DNA of 57,823 nucleotides from Candidatus Nomurabacteria bacterium (GTDB taxonomy: Bacteria; Patescibacteriota; Minisyncoccia; Phycocordibacterales; UBA9973): assembly GCA_003155695.1 (NCBI GenBank), contig PMDZ01000004.1, positions 51,257 to 109,079 on the forward strand. Direction: 5' to 3'. Below are positions 27,338-37,078 of the stretch, one piece after another; the first letter of the stretch is position 1; each line of letters begins with the position of its first letter. The translations under genes were made by a program, and so were the position numbers. A model generated the notes under the pieces. It was not told the origin of the DNA, ran no database searches, and was given only the letters and a program-made list of their open reading frames with translations.

Positions 27338-27880
27338 TTAAGTTTTGGGACGAAAATACTTTTTGATGAAGATACTCCCCCAGACGATGAGGAGAGACGA
27401 GTAGTTTATTATCATGAACAACATGTTGCTCCAGGCTATGCCGTAAGGAAAGCGGTATGAAGATAACGGGAAAAGAAATGGCGTTGGGAAAAAGGCTAGA
27501 GAGTGCGATGGAATATCGATTAGAATATGAAATGCCCAGCCGAGAAGAACCCAAGGCGGACGTTTTCTGATAGCCCAGACGATTAGGAATATCACGGCAA
27601 AGATTATTAAAGAGTGACTATATTGATAAAGGTCATGAGATAGATTTAATCCTGCGGCAACTTGATTTCTTGTGGTGAAAAATTGAAGTGTTCTTGCTCC
27701 GGTTAAAATAGTCCATAGTGCAATGACGAAAGGAATTGAGAAAGCGAATAAATCCGGGAATATACCCCAAAAGGCTGTCCAAATTAAATTCAATTTAAAT
27801 GGCTTGCCTTTCTTAAGGGCGGCCAGGTTGGCCTTTCTGGCTGCCACTGTCGTCCATAATGTGTGAGCTAAAATATCCAT
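27338..27880 (-). CDS. polytopic membrane protein, possibly DUF457/YdjM-like metal-dependent hydrolase
   Basis: MDILAHTLW... start, several His residues at helix ends, 5-6 TM segments. Weak family assignment. Confidence 0.4.
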   Translation of the reverse strand: MDILAHTLWTTVAARKANLAALKKGKPFKLNLIWTAFWGIFPDLFAFSIPFVIALWTILTGARTLQFFTTRNQVAAGLNLSHDLYQYSHSLIIFAVIFLIVWAIRKRPPWVLLGWAFHILIDIPSHSLAFFPTPFLFPLSSYRFPYGIAWSNMLFMIINYSSLLIVWGSIFIKKYFRPKT

Positions 27881-27904
27881 AAAGAAACTGACTCTCTAGA
27901 AATT

Positions 27905-28042
27905 TTAAGACCTTTTACTAACTGACTTTTTCTTGTCTTTCTTATTCTTGAGCATAAGTTTTTTGACTGCCAGTCTTTTCTTCGTCTTATGGGAATGCTT
28001 TGACTTTATGTGTGCGATTAAATGCGTTGCTCTTTTTGCCAT
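27905..28042 (-). CDS. candidate 45-aa highly basic small protein
   Basis: Hand translation: MAKRATHLIAHIKSKHSHKTKKRLAVKKLMLKNKKDKKKSVSKRS. Below the ORF-track size cutoff. Ends 25 nt upstream of the next gene. Confidence 0.3.
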   Translation of the reverse strand: MAKRATHLIAHIKSKHSHKTKKRLAVKKLMLKNKKDKKKSVSKRS

Positions 28043-28158
28043 AAATAATATTTATTTCGATTATTAATAATATGATTTTATTATACTTTATATCCATGGA
28101 TAATACAAAGAAAAATACCCCACCCGCCAAAAGCGGATGAAGGGTATTTTTCTTTTAA

Positions 28159-28359
28159 TTATGCGCGAGATACTTTTGTTGCAGCTGGGCCTTTTTCACT
28201 TTGAGTAACTTCAAAAGTGACTGTATCGCCAACTTGAAGTTCGTCAAATGTAACGCCAACTAACTCTTTGGAATGAAAGAAAAGATCTTTTGCTTCGCCT
28301 TCGCGAGCAATAAATCCAAATCCTTTATCTGTGAGAGTTTTGATTGTTCCTGTCATCAT
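28159..28359 (-). CDS. cold shock protein (CspA family)
   Basis: KGFGFI (RNP1) and DLFFH (RNP2-like) motifs. 66 aa. Confidence 0.93.
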   Translation of the reverse strand: MMTGTIKTLTDKGFGFIAREGEAKDLFFHSKELVGVTFDELQVGDTVTFEVTQSEKGPAATKVSRA

Positions 28360-28527
28360 GTGATTTTATTTTTGATTATTTTTGCTTGAAACTTCGACGT
28401 TGTTCCTGTGCCTTAACACAGAGTACAGTATAACACATTTTGGAAATATACCTAATGTTTTATCCAGAATAAAAAGAGGCTGACTTATTTTAAGACAGCC
28501 CCATGTGTATAAATCCCTTCCTTTTTT

Positions 28528-29577
28528 TTATTTAATAATTAATTTCTTTGCTGTGTAGTAGTTATTGTCCTTGTAAAACTTTACTATATACAGCCCCTTT
28601 GGCAAACCGGCTGTTGATAAACTGCTATTTATTTTCTTACTGTTTATCATTACAGTACCGGTCATGTTACAGATAACTACGTTCATTCCTTCACATTTTT
28701 CAGAAAAATTAATTTGGTCATGCGTCGGATTGGGATAGATATTGACCTTGTCAGATGTATTTACATCGTTGACCGAAGTTGTTACATCTCCCTCGTATTG
28801 AACCAATACATAATCGACTAGCATTCTGCCGATTATATTTTCGGTTTTTACGTTAGTTGGCTGTAAAGTGCCATCATAAGCTTCTGCCCATGAATCAGCA
28901 GGTGCCCACATACTTAAATGCAGTTGCACAGGACCAGTTGGTACTTTGTTTGACCTTCTCACTTCAAGACCATCAATCCCCCATATTATTTCTTTTGGAG
29001 TAATCTCCAAAGTATACGTATGATAGATCGCGATTGAATTTGAGATGATAAATTCACGCGGATCTCCTACAGGTGATCCTTTAACAAAGACGTCGGTGAC
29101 CACCGGATCCGGGTCACTTAAAATTTCATTCGTCAGCAATCCAAATAAGATCTGTTCATCGGAATTCCCAAATTTAGGCAATCCTTGTACAAATATAAAA
29201 CCAGCCATTCCTCGTGGTGCCGGGTTTTGTATTCTGGCCCGAACCGTAAAGACTAGCCTACCATCCCTCATTTCAAATTCTTGTTTCGTAGCCAAATCAG
29301 TACCGAGAATGTATTTCCCTTCCGTGGTCCAAGTTTGAGCTTCAACCTTTGCTTCGCTGAAAGATGACTGCGGTAAGGGCGAATTTCTGTAGATTGTACG
29401 ACCCATAGTTATCGGTGTACCATCCTGGTTTTCATGCCATGGAAAATACCAGTTTGCAGCATCAACAGTCAAATCGGCGAAGTGGTCGTAAAAAAGATCT
29501 TTCAGTGCCTCGACATTTCCACATATGATGATAGTGCTTATAGCTAAAATCATCAAAACTTTCTGTTTTGTTTTCAA
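28528..29577 (-). CDS. secreted concanavalin/glucanase-like protein with T9SS-type C-terminal sorting domain
   Basis: Signal peptide. C-terminus VNIYPNPTHDQINFS...GLPKGLYIVKFYKDNNYYTAKKLIIK matches the Por/T9SS CTD pattern. Apparent TTG start. Confidence 0.7.
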   Translation of the reverse strand: MKTKQKVLMILAISTIIICGNVEALKDLFYDHFADLTVDAANWYFPWHENQDGTPITMGRTIYRNSPLPQSSFSEAKVEAQTWTTEGKYILGTDLATKQEFEMRDGRLVFTVRARIQNPAPRGMAGFIFVQGLPKFGNSDEQILFGLLTNEILSDPDPVVTDVFVKGSPVGDPREFIISNSIAIYHTYTLEITPKEIIWGIDGLEVRRSNKVPTGPVQLHLSMWAPADSWAEAYDGTLQPTNVKTENIIGRMLVDYVLVQYEGDVTTSVNDVNTSDKVNIYPNPTHDQINFSEKCEGMNVVICNMTGTVMINSKKINSSLSTAGLPKGLYIVKFYKDNNYYTAKKLIIK

Positions 29578-29663
29578 TTTTTTCCGTATTTAATTAATTA
29601 TTAGAATTCTCAAAAAGCTCGTATTACGTCGATAATAACATTTTTTGCATTGCTGTCAATTCC

Positions 29664-31163
29664 TTAAATCGTCTTATTTATATAGTAATCCACCGGGGCA
29701 AAATCGTCGGTCAGAATCGGTAAATTTGTCTCAATCGGTTTTTGCCATAAATGTCCCAGATATTCGTTTAATGTCGAGTCGACATCAGTAAAAGATGGGC
29801 TTTTTTCACTTCGGAGCGCCACCAAAATTACATTTTGAACTTGACCACCATTATCTGGCCTTGTTACCGGAAATAAATATACTTGGGGGAAAATATTTTT
29901 GTATGTTATATATTCAGCCTTTAGGAAATCGCTCTTTCCCCCTTCCAAAGCGGAAATAATATTTAGCACGACAAGTCCATTATCATTTAAAACATTATAT
30001 TCCTCCTGTATTGCTTCCTTTGTCGTCAGTTGATATGGCAAAGAATAATGAGAAGTGAAAGCGTCGCCGTAAATCACGTCATATTTTTCTTTTGTTTTAT
30101 TCAAGTACACTCTCCCGTCTTCATGATAAATAGTCAGTCTTGGGTCATCCTTCAATCTAAAATATTCTTTGGCCAACTCGGTGACTTTTGGGTCAATTTC
30201 AACGACATCTATAGTCGCATCTTTATATCTTTCCAAAAAATATTTCGGGTACGAATACCCGGCACCACCGAACATCAAAGTTTTCTGGAAGCTTGGATTA
30301 AAATGTTCCGCTAAATTGTAATATTTGGTGTATTCATTTACCAGTTCATCGCTATTTAAGAACATTGACGAGTGATTTTCATTATTAATACCCATTGTCT
30401 TTACCAACTCGCCCGTTCCCTTATCAATATGGTCATAGACCCAGATACGATTATATGCAGTATCAACGTCGATAAAATTTGTAAATTTAACATCCTTCAA
30501 TATTACGGAGTTAAAAATATTCATTACTGAGCAACCTATAACTATAATAAGCAAAAAAAATAATTTTGTTTTTACAAATTGTTTTATGGAAAGAGTGATA
30601 GACGTAAGGATTAAAGTTATTAACAATATAATTAACAATTTATTCGTGCCAAAGTATGGAATCAAATAAAAACCGGATAAAAATGTCCCGAATATACTGC
30701 CAAGAGTCGATATGGCATATAGATTACCGACAGTTGAAGCTAAAGTATCCAAATTGTGCATTTTTAATTTTACGGCATAAGGAGAAATCATCCCGAGACA
30801 TATACTAACAGGCGCAAATAAAATTATTGAGACGAAGACAGAAGTAATTTTGGCATCAGAAAAAACACCCTGTAATCCAATGAGCCAATAATCTTTCGTC
30901 AGGGTCGTTAGTCCAATTAAAATTGCCGAGATGAAAATAATAGCCGATAAACTCTCAAAATTCGGTTTTTTGTCCGCAATTTTTCCGCCCCAATAATAAC
31001 CCAAACTAAGGCTACCCAAGATAACACCTATCAAACTTGTCCAGACGAAAATCGATGTCCCCAAGTATGGTCCGAGCACTCTTGAGCCGACGAGCTCAAA
31101 AATCATAACTACCGCACCACATACAAAGACAACAATTTCCAGGATGTATTTATTGAATTTCAT
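29664..31163 (-). CDS. fused membrane domain / spermidine synthase-like aminopropyltransferase
   Basis: About 7 N-terminal TM helices. C-terminal MFGGAGYSYPKYF...VVEIDPKVTELAKEYF...DVIYGDAF methyltransferase-fold motifs. Confidence 0.75.
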   Translation of the reverse strand: MKFNKYILEIVVFVCGAVVMIFELVGSRVLGPYLGTSIFVWTSLIGVILGSLSLGYYWGGKIADKKPNFESLSAIIFISAILIGLTTLTKDYWLIGLQGVFSDAKITSVFVSIILFAPVSICLGMISPYAVKLKMHNLDTLASTVGNLYAISTLGSIFGTFLSGFYLIPYFGTNKLLIILLITLILTSITLSIKQFVKTKLFFLLIIVIGCSVMNIFNSVILKDVKFTNFIDVDTAYNRIWVYDHIDKGTGELVKTMGINNENHSSMFLNSDELVNEYTKYYNLAEHFNPSFQKTLMFGGAGYSYPKYFLERYKDATIDVVEIDPKVTELAKEYFRLKDDPRLTIYHEDGRVYLNKTKEKYDVIYGDAFTSHYSLPYQLTTKEAIQEEYNVLNDNGLVVLNIISALEGGKSDFLKAEYITYKNIFPQVYLFPVTRPDNGGQVQNVILVALRSEKSPSFTDVDSTLNEYLGHLWQKPIETNLPILTDDFAPVDYYINKTI

Positions 31164-31241
31164 TTTGTGGTTTTATTATAACATAAAAATAAAAAGTTCT
31201 GTCATTATTTTTCAATAACAACAGAACAATTTCTAGGCTTT

Positions 31242-31622
31242 CTACACGGCCATAAGAATTTTTTCTTCTGTTTCATTAATTATTATTTCCCCGTCAAATT
31301 CAAACAAAACTTTTATAGCCTTTTTAGAGAAATTAAATTCATCAGCTGGAACATATAAATCAACATAGACAAGGTAAGGTTTTTTACAATTTTCCTTATA
31401 GAAACTTTTCATTCTGAAAGTTTTATGATATTTTTCTTCATCATTAGGTATTACAGTGATTCCTGTTTTTTTTAAGTTATCTTTCATTTTTTTTATAAAA
31501 TAAAGTATTGTGCCTTCAGCTTCAGCTTTTACCCTTATTCTATATTTATTATTTCCCTTGTCCGTGTATCCTAAAAAAACATCTTTTCTTGTAGTCATTG
31601 TATTAGATTTATGGGTTAACAC
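31242..31622 (-). CDS. hypothetical protein
   Basis: ORF only. Confidence 0.4.
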   Translation of the reverse strand: MLTHKSNTMTTRKDVFLGYTDKGNNKYRIRVKAEAEGTILYFIKKMKDNLKKTGITVIPNDEEKYHKTFRMKSFYKENCKKPYLVYVDLYVPADEFNFSKKAIKVLFEFDGEIIINETEEKILMAV

Positions 31623-31784
31623 TATAAATTGATTATTCTAAAAACCCCTGGAGAGGTCCTTGGAATAATCAACAAATAGTAATTAACTAAAATCAATTAT
31701 CAAAGACCTAATGTTATCTTAATGATATACATTTTTATTTTACTGTCAATTTTTTTGTAAATATTTTTGTTAATAACTTTTTAA

Positions 31785-32204
31785 TTAGATATCATTTTGA
31801 ATTTTTTCAACTAGCTCTGCACAGTGTGAGCAACGTTTTGCTTCAATCGGTATTTCGCTTAAACATTCCGGACATTTTTTTGTAGTTGGGTCGACTGGCG
31901 GTTCTTTATGAGAACGGGAAATAAGCAAGTTTATCGGTTTGACAACGAAGAAAAATACCGATGTTGCCACCAAGATAAAAGAAACGAGAGCATTAATGAA
32001 ATGTCCATACATAAACTTGCTGCCATTTATCACAAAAAATAAACTTGAAAAATCCGGAGCCTTAACAATGGCAGCAATGAGCGGGGTGATTACATCCGAT
32101 ACCAAGGCCGCAACTATTGTCCCGAACGCCGCTCCGATGACTACACCGACAGCTAAGTCGACGACATTACCTCTAAGTAAAAATTGCTTGAATTCTTTCA
32201 ACAT
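31785..32204 (-). CDS. mscL: large-conductance mechanosensitive channel with C-terminal zinc-ribbon tail
   Basis: MLKEFKQFLLRGNVVDLAVGVVIGAAFG... C-terminal CPECLSEIPIEAKRCSHC. Confidence 0.92.
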   Translation of the reverse strand: MLKEFKQFLLRGNVVDLAVGVVIGAAFGTIVAALVSDVITPLIAAIVKAPDFSSLFFVINGSKFMYGHFINALVSFILVATSVFFFVVKPINLLISRSHKEPPVDPTTKKCPECLSEIPIEAKRCSHCAELVEKIQNDI

Positions 32205-32235
32205 AAAAATTTAATTAAAATTGATAATAAAATAA

Positions 32236-32649
32236 TTATTTTGAGATCCCGTCTATAAAGTCGTGATATTTTTTATCTTCTTGACCAATATGTTTTAGCC
32301 ACCACTGCCCTATGTATGTTTCGATGTCCAGAATAAGTTCTCTCGGCGAAACTCCGCTATTCAACTTTTTCTTGAAAGAAAGGTTGTTTAAAATAAATTC
32401 TTTATGTCTGCCTCTGTGTTCATCAAACTCAGGATAGTTGTATTTTCTCATGTATTCTTCCTCATAAGAAAAATGATCGTTAACATACCCGTCAAAGAAA
32501 TGTATTGCTTCAGATACTTCCTTGGAAGTTGCTCCAAAAGTCATAGCATGAATAATTTCATTAATCTGCAATAACAACTTTTGATGTTGGTTATCAATAT
32601 GGTCCTCTCCAACCGACATATCTTTCGTCCATTCAAAATAAATTGACAT
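32236..32649 (-). CDS. bacteriohemerythrin-like metal-binding protein
   Basis: FEWTKDMSVGEDHIDNQHQKLL..., HFSYEEEYM, and H/E ligands spaced as in hemerythrin. Confidence 0.8.
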   Translation of the reverse strand: MSIYFEWTKDMSVGEDHIDNQHQKLLLQINEIIHAMTFGATSKEVSEAIHFFDGYVNDHFSYEEEYMRKYNYPEFDEHRGRHKEFILNNLSFKKKLNSGVSPRELILDIETYIGQWWLKHIGQEDKKYHDFIDGISK

Positions 32650-32690
32650 ATAAAATAATATTTCTTAAAAAATAATAAAACGATTAACTT

Positions 32691-33254
32691 TTACATTATA
32701 CCATATAAGCCAACCAGTGTGGCCTCATCAATAATGTGCCCGTTCATCGCCTTAATAAGGTCTGCTTTTGTCGAAGTTTTTACTACTGAAAGAATAGTGT
32801 TGAGAGCATAGAGTTTAAAATTGTAGTGATGAATACCGGATGGTGGACAAGGAGCAATCCACCCTGGTTTATTCAGGCTTGTGTAACCCTCTTCGGAACC
32901 ACTTGGCACGCTATTGTTTTCAATCAGAGATGTTTTAGGATCAATATTCCAAACCACCCAGTGCACGAAATCTCCATTTGGAGCATCAGGGTCATCGACA
33001 ATTAGTGCCAAACTTTTTGCATTTTTAGGAACATCGGATATTTTGAGCGTCGGTTGCGTACTTTTTCCATTGCAAGTATATTCCACCGGGATTTTGCCGT
33101 TGTTAGTAAAAACATCACTTTCTATTTTCATATATGTTGAAATATTTACATTTTTAAAATTAATCGACTCATTTTCTTTAATTAAAATTTTGGAAAATAA
33201 AACCACTCCTAGTATTATCACTATTAATAAAATTAGCCATGCTTTTAAATTCAT
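32691..33254 (-). CDS. YbhB/YbcL family PEBP (Raf kinase inhibitor-like) protein
   Basis: LALIVDDPDAPNGDFVHWVVWNI and GIHHYNFKLYAL. Start set at the internal Met (MNLKAWLILL), which gives a signal anchor. Confidence 0.8.
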   Translation of the reverse strand: MNLKAWLILLIVIILGVVLFSKILIKENESINFKNVNISTYMKIESDVFTNNGKIPVEYTCNGKSTQPTLKISDVPKNAKSLALIVDDPDAPNGDFVHWVVWNIDPKTSLIENNSVPSGSEEGYTSLNKPGWIAPCPPSGIHHYNFKLYALNTILSVVKTSTKADLIKAMNGHIIDEATLVGLYGIM

Positions 33255-33265
33255 AATAAATTGAT

Positions 33266-33496
33266 TTATTTCTTTTCCACGACAATCGTGCATTTGGTAA
33301 GAAGAGCCGCCAAAGCTCCGACAACTGCCAACACTGGAGCAATAATTGCCCCGACTGCCCCATAAGTCAGAGGAATTTCGACAATCACCTTGTCTTCTTC
33401 GTTTTTTATTATAAGTTTCCTTATATTACCCTCATGAATCAATTCTTTGACCTTTTTTAACAAGTCCTTACCGTCTATTTTAAATTCTTGTTTCAT
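33266..33496 (-). CDS. DUF4342-like small protein
   Basis: DLLKKVKELIHEGNIRKLIIKNEEDKVIVEIPLTYGAVGAIIAPVLAVVGALAAL. Confidence 0.55.
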   Translation of the reverse strand: MKQEFKIDGKDLLKKVKELIHEGNIRKLIIKNEEDKVIVEIPLTYGAVGAIIAPVLAVVGALAALLTKCTIVVEKK

Positions 33497-33565
33497 AAAT
33501 TTATTGTTGTTGACTTATAATTTCCCTTTATTTTAACATAAAGTTAATAGATTCAAAATTAAAAT

Positions 33566-33718
33566 TTATTTTAACGGGTTTTCCCCGCGTATAACACGGA
33601 CCAAAAAAAGAATTATCGCTATTACCAAAAGAATGTGGATAAATCCTCCCAAAACGAAACCACCCAAAAGACCTAAAATCCACAGAATTAATAAGATTAT
33701 TGCAATTGTAGTAATCAT
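33566..33718 (-). CDS. lmo0937-family 50-aa membrane protein
   Basis: Hand translation: MITTIAIILLILWILGLLGGFVLGGFIHILLVIAIILFLVRVIRGENPLK. Below the ORF-track cutoff. Confidence 0.6.
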   Translation of the reverse strand: MITTIAIILLILWILGLLGGFVLGGFIHILLVIAIILFLVRVIRGENPLK

Positions 33719-33846
33719 AGATATTTTTTACAACTCAAAACACTAGTCCTCGACCTCATTTATTATAATATATATAAATGAATTTATTATTAATACCTTA
33801 AACTGGTTCAAGATTATATTTAATTATATCATATTTGCTTTATTAA

Positions 33847-35073
33847 TTATTTCTTCCCTAGTGGAAACGAATTCCCTCTTTTTCTTCCTTCACCTTTTAA
33901 GGATGAAGCTCTTTTCAGGACATTTTGTCCGAATTTTGCCCTTATATTGTCACTGACTTCTTCTATAATACTCTTTGATTCTGATTTATCCTGCATCCCA
34001 AATAAATCTCTTGGCACTTCTTCGCTACGTCGCAAATTTTGCAGTGTAATCCCTGTTGAGCGAATTTTTTCTCCGTTTTGTAAAATTTTTTTGAAAACAT
34101 TTTCAATAGTGTTAAGGATGATACTCGGATTATTTGTATAAAGCGGCAATTTACTTTCACCGGAACGATAAGCAAAATCGGTGTTTTTAACAAAAAAAGA
34201 AACGGCATTAGACATCAATCCAAGTCCTCGGGCATGTTCGCAAGCTCGTTCGACATTCTCCGAAAGCTCGGCGAAGATTATTTTCGAGTCGCTTGACGAT
34301 GGTCTGAATGTGGCAGTCGATTGGATTGATTTTTGGTCGCGCGGGTCGGCATCGGCATCAACTTCGTAGAAATTCTCGCCAGAAAGTTCTTTTTGTAATA
34401 TGTATATAGGTTCGGAAAAATATTTCTTTATTTGCTCGCTCGGATAATGAACAAAATCATAAGCGGTTTTTATCCCCATATTTCGTAGGCGCGGAACAGT
34501 CCGGCGACCAATGCCCCAGACGTCATCTATCTCGGTTTTTTTCAAAGCTTCCTCTTCATCTTTTTTATCAAGCAGCAAAACCAGACCGTTCGGTTTATTC
34601 AATTTCGAAGCCGTCTTGGCCAAGACTTTGGTCCGGGCAAGACCAAGTGAATATGTAACTCCAAAAGAATTCTTTATTTCGTTCTTGATATCGTTTGCCA
34701 ACTTTTCGGCACTGCCGGCAAGACGAATATCCGATGGTTTGACCACAGCAAAACACTCATCAATGCTATATTGCTCCACTTGCTCGAGATATGACACGAG
34801 TATATCGTATACTCCACTTGAAATCCTTCCGTACAAATCAAAATGATGAGGAAGTATAATCACTCGGGGGAATTCTTTCTTAATCTTAAATATTGGCATC
34901 CCGCGAGTGACTCCGAGACTCTTCGCTTCATAACTCATGGCCACAGCGATTCCTCGGTCTTCTCCGACAATAACTGGCTTACCTTTGTATTCCGGATGTT
35001 GCGACACTTCACACGAGACAAAGAAAGAATCCCCGTCGACATGAAGAAATAAATTTTCTGAACTAATAGACAT
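33847..35073 (-). CDS. dinB: DNA polymerase IV (Y-family)
   Basis: LHVDGDSFFVSCE, SIDECF, and HhH / little-finger region. Confidence 0.85.
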   Translation of the reverse strand: MSISSENLFLHVDGDSFFVSCEVSQHPEYKGKPVIVGEDRGIAVAMSYEAKSLGVTRGMPIFKIKKEFPRVIILPHHFDLYGRISSGVYDILVSYLEQVEQYSIDECFAVVKPSDIRLAGSAEKLANDIKNEIKNSFGVTYSLGLARTKVLAKTASKLNKPNGLVLLLDKKDEEEALKKTEIDDVWGIGRRTVPRLRNMGIKTAYDFVHYPSEQIKKYFSEPIYILQKELSGENFYEVDADADPRDQKSIQSTATFRPSSSDSKIIFAELSENVERACEHARGLGLMSNAVSFFVKNTDFAYRSGESKLPLYTNNPSIILNTIENVFKKILQNGEKIRSTGITLQNLRRSEEVPRDLFGMQDKSESKSIIEEVSDNIRAKFGQNVLKRASSLKGEGRKRGNSFPLGKK

Positions 35074-35103
35074 TCCCCTATTGTAACAAAATATAGTTTA
35101 CTT

Positions 35104-35574
35104 TTATATTTTTTTTACCTTATGCTCATGGAATATTAACCATAGAATTATGATGTCAATGATAGTAATTATCAGTAGGGCTATAGAGTGATTTATCAGA
35201 AGATGATATATCTGATACATAATTAACCCACCAAGTCCAAAAATGGCCACAGGATAAGCCCACTTTTTTCTTTGTAACAAACCGACAATTATTATGAGCT
35301 TTACAATACCGTGTGTTAGAAGATAAAAAATAAGAAAATGTTTTCCCGAGAAGGAAAATTGATGAACATCTTTTAAAATTAAATTGGCAAAAAAATCATT
35401 TGGGTCCTCAACAAGTTCTCCGTGAATAATTTTTAAAATGAAATTTACTATATTGTTGGTGCTTATAAAATACAGAACGGCTCCGATACCAACTTCCAAT
35501 AATGCTTGCATTGTTTTAAGCAAAAGACCGAATTCATAAACTGCAAATATTTTTTTTTCTTTTGTTTCCTCCAC
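35104..35574 (-). CDS. DUF2127-like membrane protein (GTG start)
   Basis: Four TM helices. Family assignment is by resemblance only. Confidence 0.45.
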   Translation of the reverse strand: MEETKEKKIFAVYEFGLLLKTMQALLEVGIGAVLYFISTNNIVNFILKIIHGELVEDPNDFFANLILKDVHQFSFSGKHFLIFYLLTHGIVKLIIIVGLLQRKKWAYPVAIFGLGGLIMYQIYHLLINHSIALLIITIIDIIILWLIFHEHKVKKI

Positions 35575-35620
35575 TGTATTAATATATCATAAACGAGACA
35601 AATTTTGTTTATACTACTCA

Positions 35621-35642
35621 GCTCCACGTCTGGAAGTTGAAC
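35621..35642 (-). repeat. tRNA-Asn-3'-end-like repeat, G1 type (array boundary)
   Basis: GCTCCACGTCTGGAAGTTGAAC, followed by TTTTTTGAATATG and a terminator-like module (35660-35705) that is also found at 37020-37065. Confidence 0.6.
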
Positions 35643-35713
35643 TTTTTTGAATATGAAAATAAAAAAAGACCCTTGCATTTTTTAATGAATGTAGGTATCT
35701 ATTTTATTCTTGT

Positions 35714-35920
35714 CTATTCAAGAAGAATTTCATATATCTTTTTTACTTTACTAAAAATATCCAACTCTTCTCTTGTACTTCTGGCTCTTGAATTTGGAAC
35801 AGTAATCCCTATATCGATTTCAGCTCCAATGTGAAAGATAGTAACTCCTGGTAATGTTTTCAATTTTTCTAACATATTAGTGCTTAAGTTCCCTACATCT
35901 TTTAAAATTATTCCTTTCAT
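35714..35920 (-). CDS. hypothetical 68-aa protein (cassette 9)
   Basis: ORF only. Confidence 0.35.
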   Translation of the reverse strand: MKGIILKDVGNLSTNMLEKLKTLPGVTIFHIGAEIDIGITVPNSRARSTREELDIFSKVKKIYEILLE

Positions 35921-36026
35921 TTTATCTATTTTTGGTTTATACTATTTTTTCCTCACATTACTTCTTAACAATAATTTTGTCAATTATAACTCAAAAACAA
36001 CCTTACATAATAAGATTAAATTCATT

Positions 36027-36057
36027 TGTTCCGAACTTGGAACGATACTCGAAAGAG
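36027..36057 (-). repeat. tRNA-Asn-3'-end-like repeat, G2 type
   Basis: TGTTCCGAACTTGGAACGATACTCGAAAGAG. Ends 2 nt before the stop of the 36059-36787 ORF. Confidence 0.6.
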
Positions 36058-36058
36058 T

Positions 36059-36787
36059 TTAATTTTTGGATTCGAGGATAACCATTGATTGAGGATTGAA
36101 GCCTTTGACGACCAACCAGATGCCCAACGAAAACTCAAATAGTGCGACTGGAATTGAGGATAATCCTGCAAGAGGGGCATGTTGACCGATTAAACCGAAC
36201 ATTACCGCTAGATAACCAATAAGTAGTATTGGTGCCCCAAAGATTCCAATTAATGAAAGACCTCTCGGTACCAACTGCGACTTATATAAAAGAAATCCCA
36301 GTAACAAGTCACATATGGCTGGCATGAGGCTTTGCCCGAGGAGGAAGATGCGGTCATAAAGGGCGACAAGCGCATGACTTGCGACCAACGCATTTGGTCC
36401 AACTCCGGCTTGTCGCAATGTCACAATTGACAATAGAAACGCCACACCGACGAAGATAGTACTGGATTCCAAAATTCTGGCGGCGATGAGGCCTAATGCG
36501 AGTGTTTCATTTTGTTTTTTGAGAACACGAAATAACACAACAGCGGTAGCGATACCTGCAAGGGCCACGATAATCTCCAGGATACCGCCGATGATTGCGG
36601 AAGTGTCCGGCCCGGCACCGAGAATGTAGTTAGCACTTTTTACTTGACCGTAAATAGCAAGAGTCGGAACCGAAACAAATGTGAGCAGGTAAAGTATGCC
36701 AGCCGTTAATGATATTTTTCTCGACGATAGTAAGACTTCCTTATTTATTTCGACGTTCTGTTTGTTTAAGTTTGTTTTTTCTTCCAT
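36059..36787 (-). CDS. DUF4386-like membrane protein (cassette 8)
   Basis: LTAGILYLLTFVSVPTLAIYG... and 6-TM pattern. Confidence 0.5.
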   Translation of the reverse strand: MEEKTNLNKQNVEINKEVLLSSRKISLTAGILYLLTFVSVPTLAIYGQVKSANYILGAGPDTSAIIGGILEIIVALAGIATAVVLFRVLKKQNETLALGLIAARILESSTIFVGVAFLLSIVTLRQAGVGPNALVASHALVALYDRIFLLGQSLMPAICDLLLGFLLYKSQLVPRGLSLIGIFGAPILLIGYLAVMFGLIGQHAPLAGLSSIPVALFEFSLGIWLVVKGFNPQSMVILESKN

Positions 36788-36940
36788 ATTATTATCGTTG
36801 GTTAAATTATTATAATTTCGAACTTTATATTATTGTGTTTTTTATGCCGACATTTTTAATATACCCTCAATAGATTAATATTGCATTAATAATATTTTTT
36901 TCATCAAAAGCCCTCATGAAAAGACCCAAGATTTTTACTA

Positions 36941-37001
36941 CTCCCCGTCTGGGGCGAAACCTGCCCGCCCTCGCGTACTCGGGAGCAGGCGGGTGGGAAC
37001 C
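36941..37001 (-). repeat. tRNA-Asn-3'-end-like repeat, G1 type with a GC-rich internal insertion
   Basis: CTCCCCGTCTGGGGCG...[CCTGCCCGCCCTCGCGTACTCGGGAGCAGGCGGG]...TGGGAACC, then TTATTGAATGAGG. Confidence 0.6.
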
Positions 37002-37078
37002 TTATTGAATGAGGGAAAATAAAAAAGACCCTTGCATTGTTTGATGTAGGTATCTATTTTGTTTTTGTTATCACATTT

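Noticed and set aside
27243-27554. 103-aa ORF overlapping the 3' part of 27338-27880
   Set aside because: It is an alternative frame of the better-supported membrane-protein ORF, and it runs across the promoter module at 27281-27334.
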